Positions 1 through 11,250 are shown, numbered from the stretch's first letter. The stretch is 64,000 nucleotides of DNA from an uncultured Verrucomicrobiae bacterium (GCA_963764165.1 CAVXRD010000005.1:1-64000); one strand, 5' to 3'. Notes: generated by a model not told the origin, from the sequence alone. Program-made: numbers and translations.

Positions 1-22
1 GGCTATTAATCTGGGTGTTCCT

Positions 23-1966
23 GTGATTACCTGGCCGGCTCTGGCTCGTTTCACTTACGGAACAGTTTTAGGTTCGGATCAGTTGGATGCGACCGCCAAT
101 GTAGCGGGAACATTTTCCTACAATCAAAACAATGGAACTGTTCTGGATGCGGGAACGTATTCACTGACCGCAACCCTCGCCCCGGCCGATACCAATTATA
201 TCAGCGTTTCGGCGACCAACAGTCTGACGGTCGTTCCCGCTCCCCAAACGATCACCGTTGCCCCGTTGCGGGACATTAATTTCACCACCAATCTCATTCC
301 GCTCAACGCCAGCGTTTCCACCGGTTTGCCGGTCACATGGGCGCTCCTCGGCGGCCATGCCACGCTCGGTGGAACCAATCTCTCGCTTACCGGCTTGGGT
401 CTGGTCACTGTCCAGGCCAGCCAGGCCGGCAACAACGACTACACGGCCGCCGCTGTTACGCAATCATTCTTCGTCTCGCCGCCGGTGCTGGTGGTCTCGA
501 ATCTCAACGACAACGGCCCCGGCAGCCTGCGCGCCGCCATCCATCTGGCCAACGCGGTGGCCTTCGACATCCCATGGACCATCCAATTCGACCCGGCGCT
601 GGCCGGCCAGACCATTGCGCTCTCCAACGTGGATGACCAGAGCTTCGGGCCGTCCGCTCTCATCGTCAGCTCCGATATTGTCATTGACGCCAGCGCGGCC
701 GCGGGCCTCAGTGTCAGCCTCGACCCGAACGCCCAGCCGATGCGCCTGCTGCACGTGGCTCCCGAAGGGACCCTGGCCATCAACGCGCTCGCGTTGCGCA
801 ACGGCATGGCTCTTGGCGGGGCGGGTGGAGAGGGCGGCGGCGGTGGCGGCGGCGGCGCTGGATTCGGCGGCGCCATTTACAACGAAGGCGACCTGGCGCT
901 GGAGCGAGTGACCCTGACCAACAACTCCGCCGCGGGCGGCAATGGCGGCAACTGGGCCGCTCAAGCTGCCGGTGGCGGCGGCATTCCCAACGGTTCTGGC
1001 GATCCGGCCATCGCCCCGACTTTTGGCGGCGGCGCGGCCGGTGCGATTGACTGCGGCGGTGCGGCCGGGATGGGGGGCGGCGGCGCCCTCTTCAACAACG
1101 GCGGATTGGTCGAAATGAACAATTGCCTGGTCGTCAGCAACTCCGCGGTGGGCGCCTCCGGCGGCAGCGGCCAATCCACCTGCCAGGGGGCCAACTCCCC
1201 GGGATTGGGCGGCGGATTCTTTAACCTCAGCGGCGTGGCCTCCATCTCCAGTTGCCTGTTCTCCAACAACAACGCCAGCGTCGGGGGCGGTATCTGCAAC
1301 TTTGGCGACGCCTCCAGCGTCCTTTCCATTGACAACGACGTCATTACCAACACCAGCCCGACCATCACCAACGACCTCTACGTCGGCGCCACCAATGGCA
1401 GCTCCTCGGTCGTCACCGAATCCAACGATACTATTGACAGCCAGAACTCGCCCTGGATCGGGGTCATTGCCGATCTCGGCACCATTTACCTCGGCCAGCC
1501 GATCACGGTCAACCTGCCCGCCCACATTCCCGATGACGGAACGGGCTACACCGTGACCGCCACCGCCTCGAATACCACCCTGATCCCGCCCGCCAACCTC
1601 ACCGTCACGCAAAACGGCGCCAATTGGCTCCTGACCATCCAACCGACCGCGGGTCAGGCGGGCGTATCGCCCATCATCGTGACCGCCAGCGATGGCGCCT
1701 TGACCGCCACCGCCAGCTTCAACGCCACTTTTGGCCTGATCGAATACCTTTCCTTCAATGCCAGCGGCTCGCTCCTGAGCTGCACCGCCGATCCCGGCCT
1801 GACCATCCAAGTCCAATACACCACCAACTTGATCTCCGGCGCCTGGACCTCCCTCGGCGCCGCCACCGAAATCTCCCCTGGCGAATACCAATTCCAAGAT
1901 ACCACCGCCACCGATTCCATGCGCTTCTACCGGATGAATGTTACTAACGCCCTAATTGCGCCCTGA
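23..1966 (+). CDS. Large exported repeat protein (MBG-like/Ig-like domains, Gly-rich polymorphic-membrane-type beta-helix, C-terminal verrucomicrobial motif); probably 5'-truncated by the window
   Basis: ITWP..YGT.L...QL.ATA.V.GTF.Y motif; V.NLND.GPGSLRAAI; GGAIYN/GGGIC repeats; ends TNL..W...RFYR; reading frame appears open to the window edge. Confidence 0.75.
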   Translation: MITWPALARFTYGTVLGSDQLDATANVAGTFSYNQNNGTVLDAGTYSLTATLAPADTNYISVSATNSLTVVPAPQTITVAPLRDINFTTNLIPLNASVSTGLPVTWALLGGHATLGGTNLSLTGLGLVTVQASQAGNNDYTAAAVTQSFFVSPPVLVVSNLNDNGPGSLRAAIHLANAVAFDIPWTIQFDPALAGQTIALSNVDDQSFGPSALIVSSDIVIDASAAAGLSVSLDPNAQPMRLLHVAPEGTLAINALALRNGMALGGAGGEGGGGGGGGAGFGGAIYNEGDLALERVTLTNNSAAGGNGGNWAAQAAGGGGIPNGSGDPAIAPTFGGGAAGAIDCGGAAGMGGGGALFNNGGLVEMNNCLVVSNSAVGASGGSGQSTCQGANSPGLGGGFFNLSGVASISSCLFSNNNASVGGGICNFGDASSVLSIDNDVITNTSPTITNDLYVGATNGSSSVVTESNDTIDSQNSPWIGVIADLGTIYLGQPITVNLPAHIPDDGTGYTVTATASNTTLIPPANLTVTQNGANWLLTIQPTAGQAGVSPIIVTASDGALTATASFNATFGLIEYLSFNASGSLLSCTADPGLTIQVQYTTNLISGAWTSLGAATEISPGEYQFQDTTATDSMRFYRMNVTNALIAP

Positions 1967-2215
1967 TTTCCGAGATCTCTTTTTAACGCCTTCAATTCTT
2001 AATTTCCCGTTTTTGGCTCTTTCCTCGTCGCTGACATCACTCGGATACCTCTTTCGTTTTGTACTCATCCGCGGCGTAATGCCGGGATGTAAATACGTTG
2101 TACAGACAATTTTACAAAAAGTTGAGTACAGGCTCTAACGGTTCGGTCGTAGTCTTCGATTCTACCGAAGACCGATGGCGTATACGAACCTAAGCAGCCT
2201 GACAAACATAGCCCG

Positions 2216-2239
2216 ACTGTCAGTGAAACTGTCAGTGAA
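2216..2239 (+). repeat. Tandem 12-bp repeat ACTGTCAGTGAA x2, possible integrase arm-binding sites
   Basis: Exact tandem repeat ~105 bp from the putative att core, followed by AGTAGT(A)GAA repeats. Confidence 0.5.
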
Positions 2240-2343
2240 AGTAGTAGAAAGTAGTGAAAAATTGTGGCGAGTTAAACCGAATTTCCATTGACAATTCAAT
2301 AGGTTACGCTACGTTGTCTCGTATCTGAATCGGGAGAAAAGTC

Positions 2344-2364
2344 CGATTCCGACAGCTGGCTCCA
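2344..2364 (+). mobile_element. Putative attR site: duplicated 3' end of a tRNA (likely Thr)
   Basis: CGATT-CCGAC-AGCTGGC-T-CCA = T-loop half, T-stem 3' strand, acceptor 3' strand, U discriminator and CCA; the 5' part of the tRNA is absent. Confidence 0.7.
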
Positions 2365-2382
2365 TTTCCTACCGGCATTAAA

Positions 2383-3510
2383 CTAAATCAAATGCTTGAA
2401 CCGTTTGTCTTCGGCCAGCTTCTTGACCAGATCTTTGATTTTTTGGGCCTGGCTTTTGTGCGCCAGCATGACGGCGTCATCGGTTTGCACAAGAATCGAA
2501 TCTCGCAATCCGACCACCGCGATTGGCGTCCGATTTTTGGTGCGCGCGTCAAATATAATGTTGCGAGCGGCGTCCACATGGATGAATTCGCCAACGGCGC
2601 AGTTGCCTTCGGGGTCGGCTTTTAAATGGCGGGCCAGCGCGGGCCATGAACCGAGATCGTCCCACTCAAAGGCGCCATCCGCCACCACCACATTTTGGGC
2701 GGGTTCCATCAGGGCGTAATCAACGGAAATCTTTTTGATGCCGGGATATTCCCTGGCCAGTATTTTCGCCAGCTTCGGAGTGCCTGCGGCTTTGAACCAT
2801 CGCTGGCAGGCGGCGGCAAGTTCCGGCTGATGCTTTTCCAATCCTTGCGTGATGGTCACGAACGACCAGATGAACATGCCCGCGTTCCAGCGATACTGCC
2901 CGTTGCTGAGATATTCGACGGCTTTTTCGAGGTTCGGTTTTTCGACGAATTGCTCGGCCTTGAAGAACGCTGTTTTGTAGGGCTTTGCGCCCTGCGGCGG
3001 AGGCAGCGCGTTTCCAACGCGGATATAGCCGTAGCCAGTGGCCGGTTCGTTCGGCTTGATGCCGATGGTGACAATCACCTGGCCGCGGCTGGCGACATCG
3101 AATGAATCCGCGAGCACTTGCAAAAATTTCTTTTCGTCAGGAATGACGTGGTCGGCGGGGAGCACCGCCATCACCGCGTTGGTCGAGCGCTGGCCAACGA
3201 TGGCTGCGCCGAGGGTCACGGCGGCGGCCGTGTCACGACCGACCGGTTCGGCAACGACGTTCTCCTTGGGAAGTTTCGGCAATTGCCGGCGAACTTCCGG
3301 GGCTTGCACGGCGTTGGTGATGATGATGACGTTTTTGAGCGGCACAAGCGGGAGGACGTGATCCACCGCCTGTTGCAAAAAGGAGCGTTTGCCGAGCAAG
3401 GTCACCAATTGCTTGGGCGTTTTTTCGCGGCTGACCGGCCAGAATCTCTCGCCGCGCCCGCCCGCCATGATGATGACAAACCGGTTGTCGTTCTGTGTGT
3501 TCTTTTTCAT
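2383..3510 (-). CDS. manC: Mannose-1-phosphate guanylyltransferase
   Basis: IMAGGRGERFWPVSR..PKQ, EPVGRDTA, TGYGYI, FVEKP, WDDLGSW motifs. Confidence 0.92.
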   Translation of the reverse strand: MKKNTQNDNRFVIIMAGGRGERFWPVSREKTPKQLVTLLGKRSFLQQAVDHVLPLVPLKNVIIITNAVQAPEVRRQLPKLPKENVVAEPVGRDTAAAVTLGAAIVGQRSTNAVMAVLPADHVIPDEKKFLQVLADSFDVASRGQVIVTIGIKPNEPATGYGYIRVGNALPPPQGAKPYKTAFFKAEQFVEKPNLEKAVEYLSNGQYRWNAGMFIWSFVTITQGLEKHQPELAAACQRWFKAAGTPKLAKILAREYPGIKKISVDYALMEPAQNVVVADGAFEWDDLGSWPALARHLKADPEGNCAVGEFIHVDAARNIIFDARTKNRTPIAVVGLRDSILVQTDDAVMLAHKSQAQKIKDLVKKLAEDKRFKHLI

Positions 3511-4307
3511 TTTTGTTTGACAGCATTTACCAAGGCCGCAGTGAAACTTGCCACGCGCTGGGGAAGATCGGAAGATTTTCCGTGCTGGGCGACTTGCTGC
3601 ACCACCGCGCTGCCCACCACCACCGCGTCCGCGCTTTCAGCCACCTGCGCCGCCTGCTGCGGAGTCGAGATGCCGAAGCCGACGGCGATGGGCAAATGGG
3701 TGTGCGCCCGAATTTTCGCCGTCATCGGGCCGATGGTTTCAGAAACGCTCTTCTGCATGCCGGTTACGCCTTCGCGTGAGACGTAATAAATAAACCCGCT
3801 GCCCCGGCGGACGATGACTTCAATGCGCGAGTCCGGCGTGGTGGGCGCGACAAGATAAATCGCGGAAAGGCCGGCCTTGGCCATGACGGCTTCGTAATTG
3901 CCGGATTCCTCGGGAGGCAAATCAAGCGCCAGCAATCCATCCACTCCAGCCGCCGCCGCCGCGCTGACAAAGGCCTCGAGGCCGCGGCGATGGATCAGGT
4001 TGAAATAAATATACAGGACAATGGGAATCTGCGATTCGCGGCGGATGGCGGCGACGGTTTCCAAAACTTTTTCCGGCGTGGCGCCCGATTCCAAACCGCG
4101 TTGCGCGGCCAATTGATTGACAAGCCCGTCCGCCAGCGGATCGCTGAACGGCACGCCCAATTCCAAAACATCAACGCCGATTTTATCGAACGCCAGCGCG
4201 AGCTGGCAGGTCATTTCGAGATTGGGATCACCCGCGCCGATGTAAACAATAAATCCCTTTTGCCCGTCCGCTTTTAGCCGCGCGAAGCGTTCCTCAATGC
4301 GGTTCAT
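3507..4307 (-). CDS. trpA: Tryptophan synthase alpha subunit
   Basis: LELGVPFSDPLADG, YVSREGVTG, VGFGIS, VVVGSA. Confidence 0.97.
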   Translation of the reverse strand: MNRIEERFARLKADGQKGFIVYIGAGDPNLEMTCQLALAFDKIGVDVLELGVPFSDPLADGLVNQLAAQRGLESGATPEKVLETVAAIRRESQIPIVLYIYFNLIHRRGLEAFVSAAAAAGVDGLLALDLPPEESGNYEAVMAKAGLSAIYLVAPTTPDSRIEVIVRRGSGFIYYVSREGVTGMQKSVSETIGPMTAKIRAHTHLPIAVGFGISTPQQAAQVAESADAVVVGSAVVQQVAQHGKSSDLPQRVASFTAALVNAVKQK

Positions 4308-4320
4308 TCAGCCACTTCCA

Positions 4321-4484
4321 AGGTAGGGACGCCTCGTTCACCGCGCCGAAGCGCAGCGAAGGTGGGCCGAGGCGGCCGGTTGCGTGGGAAAAATCTGAAA
4401 CTTCCGGTGGAAAATGGGGGGGTGATCACGGCTTGCGCGGGAATACCGCCCCGACCCGGATGCCTCGGCGAGGCGTCCCTACCT
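4321..4484. repeat. GTAG-type REP doublet (family A), left copy interrupted by a 30-bp insert
   Basis: AGGTAGGGACGCCTCG[insert]CCGAGGCGGCCGG ... inverted copy CGGATGCCTCGGCGAGGCGTCCCTACCT. Confidence 0.85.
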
Positions 4485-4529
4485 TCGGAATTCCTCGCGG
4501 CGGCCATATTGTTTTATCCCGGCTCGCCG

Positions 4530-4940
4530 TCAGTGATGCCGACGGCGCTTGATTTCCAGTTGGGCGGTGGCTTTGGCCAGCGATGCGTTGATGGCCGCCA
4601 GTTCGCCGTCCTCAACGTGTTCGGCCAGGCGCGCTTCGGCCTTGCGGCGGGCTTCCTCGGCTTTGGCTTCGTCGATGGCGTCGGACTTGATGGCCATGTC
4701 GGTCAAGATTGAGACAGATTCGCCGGTGACTTCGACAAAACCTTCGCCCACGGCCATGTAAGTGTCCTGCCCATCCTTGCGGACGATCACTTCGCCGGGA
4801 ACCAACTGCGTCATGAGCGGGACGTGATGAGGATAGACACCCATCTCGCCTTCCGAGCCTGGCAAGGTCACCATCTCGACATCGCCGGAAAAAGTCAGCG
4901 CTTCGGGCGTGACGATTTCCAATTTTAGTGTCTCGGGCAT
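4530..4940 (-). CDS. atpC: F1 ATP synthase epsilon subunit
   Basis: LEIVTPE, LPGSEGEMGVYPHH, GFVEV; directly downstream of atpD. Confidence 0.97.
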   Translation of the reverse strand: MPETLKLEIVTPEALTFSGDVEMVTLPGSEGEMGVYPHHVPLMTQLVPGEVIVRKDGQDTYMAVGEGFVEVTGESVSILTDMAIKSDAIDEAKAEEARRKAEARLAEHVEDGELAAINASLAKATAQLEIKRRRHH

Positions 4941-4944
4941 TTAA

Positions 4945-6423
<1,479 letters not shown>

Positions 6424-6441
6424 CTACCTGAAAGAGCCGGA

Positions 6442-6471
6442 AATTTAAGAGCAGCGGGGACAGAGTGTCAA
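6442..6471 (-). promoter_or_regulatory. Putative sigma70 promoter of atpDC
   Basis: TTGACA-18 nt-TAAATT on the minus strand, ~45 bp upstream of the atpD ATG. Confidence 0.55.
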
Positions 6472-6630
6472 GGCCAGATTCGGCGTGGATTTTTGGTTTT
6501 TTGGTTTTTTGTCCGGTGCTTACGGGACCCTCAGGGTTTTCCACCAGGGCGGCACCGGCTTTGGTTCCTAGGTTGTCGCCCCCCGCTTAATGGCTGAATC
6601 CCCCCATTCCGCGATTCGTTTGGCTCTGGC

Positions 6631-8697
6631 ATGTTTGGCGTTGCTATGCAGAGGATAGTTATCACCCAAATCAAATTCACCAGCGTTTTAACCCTTATCA
6701 CCGGATTGTTTTTTTCAAGCGCCAACCACGCGGATGCGTCGAGCACGGAAACAAACCGTTGGACAAATTCCGCCAGCGGCAACTGGGAAAGCTCCGGTTG
6801 GTCGCTCGGAATTTTACCAGCCTTGAATCAAAGCATCGATATCACCAATGCCGGGTGGAAGGCCGTCGCCATTGGCACCAATGCCGCATTGAGCTTTCCG
6901 AACTCGCTCAGCATTGCGTCGCTGACGGTTGCATCGCCGACGAACTCGTTCAACGAGCTTCTGATGAACTACGCCGGTTTGCAAACGCCCCTGGCCGTCG
7001 GCAACAGCGGCACACTGGACGGCTCGCTCATTCTCGGCGGCAATGCGGCAATCTGGGTCGCTTCGTCCGCGCTGGCCGTGAACAACGGAGTTTACATGGG
7101 CACGAACGAGACCGGCGCGTTTTCCGTCGGCGGCACCTTCATCGAGAGCGACAATGCAAGCGTCTCGGCGGGATTCATTCATATTGGCGACGTTGGCGCG
7201 GCCAACTTCGACCTGACCAACAGCACGCTCACCGTGCAGAACTTCGAGTATCTTGGCGGCGCGTTCCCGGCCATCTTCAATCAGCAGGGCGGCTCGAATT
7301 CCACCGGCAGCCTCGTGCTGCAAGCGGGTGGCGAATACGATCTTTACAGCGGCACGTTTGACGGCGGCGTGGAATTCCAAGGCGGCAATTTCAATCAATG
7401 GGGCGGCAGCGTCACGGCGAATCTCGAATACCAATTCTGGCTCGGCAATTACCGATTGGCGGCTGGCACGCTTTTTTCCGGCAATCTCGCGATTCCAGGC
7501 ATTCCGCCGGAAAACTTGCCCAAGGCCGCGGATGGGCTTTTGCTGCAAACGGGCGGGACGAATTTTGCGGGCACGGTTCAATTGGGGAATAACTACGGCA
7601 CCGGCAGTTATGTTCTGTCGAATGGTGTTCTGAACGCCACGGGCTTGGAAATCGGGTATTTTGCAACCCCGCAAGGCTCCATCGACGGCTGCACCTTCAC
7701 GCAATCCGGCGGCGTCAATACCAACGGCGGCGTGGAGATCTATGGCAGTTACGGTCAGAATTTCATGGTCACTCGCTCGGTTTACGCCCTTAACGGCGGA
7801 ACGCTCGCGACGCCCTCGATTGACCTGACGATGGGCGCAGTGGCTCAAAGCGGCGGCACTAACAGCGTTGGCGCGCTCTGGTTGAATGATGTTTCAGCGT
7901 ATCAGCTTTCGGGAGGTTTGCTCTGGGCTCAATCCATTGCGGTGACCGGTGGAACTTTCTTCGGCCAGACCGGTGGCTTCACCCAGACCGGCGGCAGCGC
8001 CATGACGGGCGATTTGTCCCTGGCAAATACCGCCGTTTACACCGAGAACGAAGGCAGCCTTTCCGTGGGCACGATTGAAATTACAGGCTCCGTTTTCCAC
8101 CACTTCGGCGGCAGCGCCGCTTTCACCGGCGCGCTGACTCTGGCCAATGGCACTTGGGACGAGCGCACTTCGGGACAGGACTTCGCGCAATTGCAGTTAA
8201 ACGAGGGATCGAATTCCATCATCGAGATGCCAGCGACGGCGAGCGTGATCCAATTTGCCGACAGCAGCGCGGCCACGTGGGCCACCAACGGCATTCTGAC
8301 CATCGAGAATTGGACGGGTTCCATCACGGGCAATGGCCAGCAACAGGTTCGTTTCGGAACCACCGGCTCCGCTCTGACAGCGCAGCAGTTGGGTCAAATT
8401 CAATTTGTCAATCCGGCTGGGTTCGCCGCCGGAAAGTATTCGGCCCGCATTCTTTCGACCGGCGAAATCGTTCCGGTCTCGAATTCGCCCACGATGGCTG
8501 TTTCCTTCAACAGCACGAGCGGCGCGCAATTGACGCTGCAAGGCAAAATCGGCCAGAGCTACATGATTCAGGCCTCCGAGGATCTCACGCATTGGACTGA
8601 CTTGACAAGCCAAGTCAACACCACCGGAACGATGACCATCAACGATCCCGGCGCACTGAATCACATCGCCCGCTTCTATCGCGCGGTTGTTCAGTGA
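6631..8697 (+). CDS. Exported beta-helix repeat protein with C-terminal verrucomicrobial motif
   Basis: Signal-like N-terminus; repeated F.Q.GG.N / Y.L.GG.L units; LTIENWTG; ends IQASEDLTHW...RFYR; exact start uncertain. Confidence 0.75.
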   Translation: MFGVAMQRIVITQIKFTSVLTLITGLFFSSANHADASSTETNRWTNSASGNWESSGWSLGILPALNQSIDITNAGWKAVAIGTNAALSFPNSLSIASLTVASPTNSFNELLMNYAGLQTPLAVGNSGTLDGSLILGGNAAIWVASSALAVNNGVYMGTNETGAFSVGGTFIESDNASVSAGFIHIGDVGAANFDLTNSTLTVQNFEYLGGAFPAIFNQQGGSNSTGSLVLQAGGEYDLYSGTFDGGVEFQGGNFNQWGGSVTANLEYQFWLGNYRLAAGTLFSGNLAIPGIPPENLPKAADGLLLQTGGTNFAGTVQLGNNYGTGSYVLSNGVLNATGLEIGYFATPQGSIDGCTFTQSGGVNTNGGVEIYGSYGQNFMVTRSVYALNGGTLATPSIDLTMGAVAQSGGTNSVGALWLNDVSAYQLSGGLLWAQSIAVTGGTFFGQTGGFTQTGGSAMTGDLSLANTAVYTENEGSLSVGTIEITGSVFHHFGGSAAFTGALTLANGTWDERTSGQDFAQLQLNEGSNSIIEMPATASVIQFADSSAATWATNGILTIENWTGSITGNGQQQVRFGTTGSALTAQQLGQIQFVNPAGFAAGKYSARILSTGEIVPVSNSPTMAVSFNSTSGAQLTLQGKIGQSYMIQASEDLTHWTDLTSQVNTTGTMTINDPGALNHIARFYRAVVQ

Positions 8698-8703
8698 TTT
8701 CAG

Positions 8704-8928
8704 AGGTAGGGACGCCTCGCCGAGTCTGTCTCAAAACTCAAAAATGGCTTTAAAAAGCACCACCAAAACACCCTCGCCGAAAATAAAAATGCGCCAGATC
8801 GCAAATGAGAGATTGGTAGTATTGACACATTTTGAGGATTTTGTAGTTTTGAGACAATCTCCGCCGAGGCGTCCGGTTGCGCGTGAATGACACCTCGCCT
8901 CGGACGCCTCGGCGAGGCGTCCCTACCT
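8704..8928. repeat. REP doublet (family A), left copy interrupted by a MITE
   Basis: AGGTAGGGACGCCTCGCC ... GGACGCCTCGGCGAGGCGTCCCTACCT. Confidence 0.85.
8722..8861. mobile_element. 140-bp MITE (IS1182/IS5-like ends) with 4-bp target duplication
   Basis: 17-bp terminal IRs GAGTCTGTCTCAAAACT / AGTTTTGAGACAATCTC; CGCC direct repeats at 8718-8721 and 8862-8865; removing it restores the REP consensus. Confidence 0.8.
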
Positions 8929-8974
8929 TAAATGCCCTTTGCCAAGCTGGAATGGCAGTCTATGATATTGACGC

Positions 8975-9940
8975 ATGGAACATGCAGGAGCGAAAACGTG
9001 CGTTGTCACCGGGGCCGCGGGATTCATCGGAAGCCATCTCGTTGACCGGTTGCTGGGCTTGGGTTATCGCGTGATCGGTCTCGATAACTTGATTTTGGGA
9101 CGCCCCGCGAATCTCTCCGACGCTGTCAAACATAAGCACTTCCAATTTCACGAACTGGACATCAACGATGTGGATGCCACCCTCGCGTTCTTGCAGGCGG
9201 CGGGAGAAATCGAGACCGTCTGGCACCTCGCGGCGAATTCCGATATCCAAGCCGGCGGGCGCGATCCCGATGTCGATCTTCGCCTGACCTTTCTCACCAC
9301 GTTCAATATTCTGAAAGTGATGCAGAAGTTGAAGATTCCGCAAATCGTTTTTGCATCCACCTCCGCCATCTACGGAGAGCACGATGGCGAATTGGAGGAG
9401 AACACTGGCCCGCTGCTGCCCGTTTCTAATTACGGGGCGATGAAACTTGCGTCGGAAGGCATCATCACGGCAGCGCTGGAAAGATTTTTGCGCCGCGCGT
9501 GGATATGCCGATTTCCAAACGTCATCGGCAGCCGCGCGACGCACGGCGTCATTTTTGATTTTCTGAAAAAATTGCGTGCCAATCCCGAGGCGCTCGAAGT
9601 CCTCGGCGATGGCGCGCAGGAAAAACCGTATTTGCATGTGAGCGAGTTGGTCGATGCGATGCTGTTCATTTTCCAAAAAGGCCCGGATCGATTGAGCTAC
9701 TACAACATCGCGCCGGAAGCCGGGGCGACGACGGTGCGATTCATTGCGGAGTCTGTCGTAAAGGAAGCTGCGCCGGGCGCGGCCATTCGCTACACGGGCG
9801 GCTCGCGCGGCTGGGTGGGCGACGTGGCGAAATTCCGTTACTCGACCCGCAAATTGAAGTCGCTCGGGTGGTCGCCGCGCATGACTTCGAACGAGGCTGT
9901 GGAATTGGCCATCCGTGAAAACCTCCACGCCGCCGCCTGA
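8975..9940 (+). CDS. NAD-dependent nucleotide-sugar epimerase/dehydratase
   Basis: VTGAAGFIGSHL, HLAA, STSAIYG, YGAMK (YxxxK). Confidence 0.9.
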   Translation: MEHAGAKTCVVTGAAGFIGSHLVDRLLGLGYRVIGLDNLILGRPANLSDAVKHKHFQFHELDINDVDATLAFLQAAGEIETVWHLAANSDIQAGGRDPDVDLRLTFLTTFNILKVMQKLKIPQIVFASTSAIYGEHDGELEENTGPLLPVSNYGAMKLASEGIITAALERFLRRAWICRFPNVIGSRATHGVIFDFLKKLRANPEALEVLGDGAQEKPYLHVSELVDAMLFIFQKGPDRLSYYNIAPEAGATTVRFIAESVVKEAAPGAAIRYTGGSRGWVGDVAKFRYSTRKLKSLGWSPRMTSNEAVELAIRENLHAAA

Positions 9941-11250
9941 TGAAGCAAGCGGTCATTCTCGCCGGTGGAATGGGCACGCGTTTAAAGGAGCGCCTCGGCG
10001 ATCTTCCCAAGCCGATGATTCCCATCGCGGGAAAGCCGCTGCTCGAACACCAAATCGAATTGGCCCGGCGACACGGCTTCGACGACATTCTCATTCTTGC
10101 CTGTTATCGCGCGGATTTGATTGAGGCGCATTTTGGCGATGGCAGCAAGTGGAACGTCCGCGTGCGCGTAGTCGCGGAACGCAAACCCCTAGGCACCGCA
10201 GGCGCAGTCATTGACTGCATGGATTTGCTGGCCGATCGCTTCGTCGTTCTTTACGGCGACACGATGGCTAACGTCGATTTGGAGCGAATCTGGCAGGCGG
10301 ACCTTGCCAGCGATGCGGACGCGACGCTGCTGTTGCACCCGAACAATCATCCGCTCGATTCTGACTTGGTGGAACTTGATGCCGCGGGCCGTGTGGTCGC
10401 ATTTCATAATCGACCTCACCCGCCTGGCAAATGGTTTCAAAATCTCGTGAACGCCGGATTGTATGTGATGCGCAAATCCGCCCTGCGCAAGATCAAGCTT
10501 ACAGACAGCATTCTGGATTTTGGCCATCACGTCTTTCCTGAGATGCTTCGCCAGGGCGCGAAGCTTTCCGGCTACAACAGCCCCGAATACATCAAGGACA
10601 TTGGCACGCCCGAGCGCTACGACAAAGTTTGCGCGGAATACGCCGCAGGCATCGTGCAGCGGAGTTCATTGAATGTGCCGCAACGGGCCGTTTTTTTGGA
10701 CCGCGACGGAACGCTGGTCAAGGAAGTTGACGGGCTGATCTCGCCCGGCCAACTTGAGCTTTTGCCTGACGCCGCGACCGCCATCCACGAATTGAATCAC
10801 CGCGGCTGGCGCGCCGTGATGGTCACAAACCAGCCCGTCGTCGCCAAAGGCTTTTGCGACGAAGCCATGGTCGAAACGATCCATCACAAACTCGAAACGC
10901 TGCTCGGTGCGGAGCATGCGTTCCTCGACCGGATTTATTGGTGCCCGCATCACCCGCAAAAGGGATTTCCCGGCGAACGCGTCGATTTGAAAATCGACTG
11001 CGATTGCCGCAAACCGAAACCGGGAATGATTCTGAAGGCCGCGGCGGATTTGAACCTGGATCTCGCGCAATGCTGGTTCATTGGCGACACCACGGTGGAT
11101 GTCGAAGCGGCCCGTAACGCAGGTGTCAAATCGATTTTGGTGGAGACCGGCTACGCCGGAAAAGATTCCAAGTTCAGCGCGCAGCCGGACTTCACCGCCA
11201 AAAACGTGCTCGACGCCGTGCGGCTGATTATGGAAAGAACTACCGCGTGA
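9940..11250 (+). CDS. Fused heptose-1-phosphate nucleotidyltransferase (HddC-like) and heptose bisphosphate phosphatase (GmhB-like)
   Basis: N-terminal LAGGMGTRL..PKPM, PLGTAGA, DIGTPE; C-terminal FLDRDGTL, TNQ, CPHHP, CDCRKPKPG, IGD. Confidence 0.9.
   Translation: MKQAVILAGGMGTRLKERLGDLPKPMIPIAGKPLLEHQIELARRHGFDDILILACYRADLIEAHFGDGSKWNVRVRVVAERKPLGTAGAVIDCMDLLADRFVVLYGDTMANVDLERIWQADLASDADATLLLHPNNHPLDSDLVELDAAGRVVAFHNRPHPPGKWFQNLVNAGLYVMRKSALRKIKLTDSILDFGHHVFPEMLRQGAKLSGYNSPEYIKDIGTPERYDKVCAEYAAGIVQRSSLNVPQRAVFLDRDGTLVKEVDGLISPGQLELLPDAATAIHELNHRGWRAVMVTNQPVVAKGFCDEAMVETIHHKLETLLGAEHAFLDRIYWCPHHPQKGFPGERVDLKIDCDCRKPKPGMILKAAADLNLDLAQCWFIGDTTVDVEAARNAGVKSILVETGYAGKDSKFSAQPDFTAKNVLDAVRLIMERTTA

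Noticed and set aside
2285..2364. Complete tRNA gene
   Set aside because: Only the 3' 21 nt fit; there is no 5' acceptor strand, D-arm or anticodon arm, so it is treated as an att remnant
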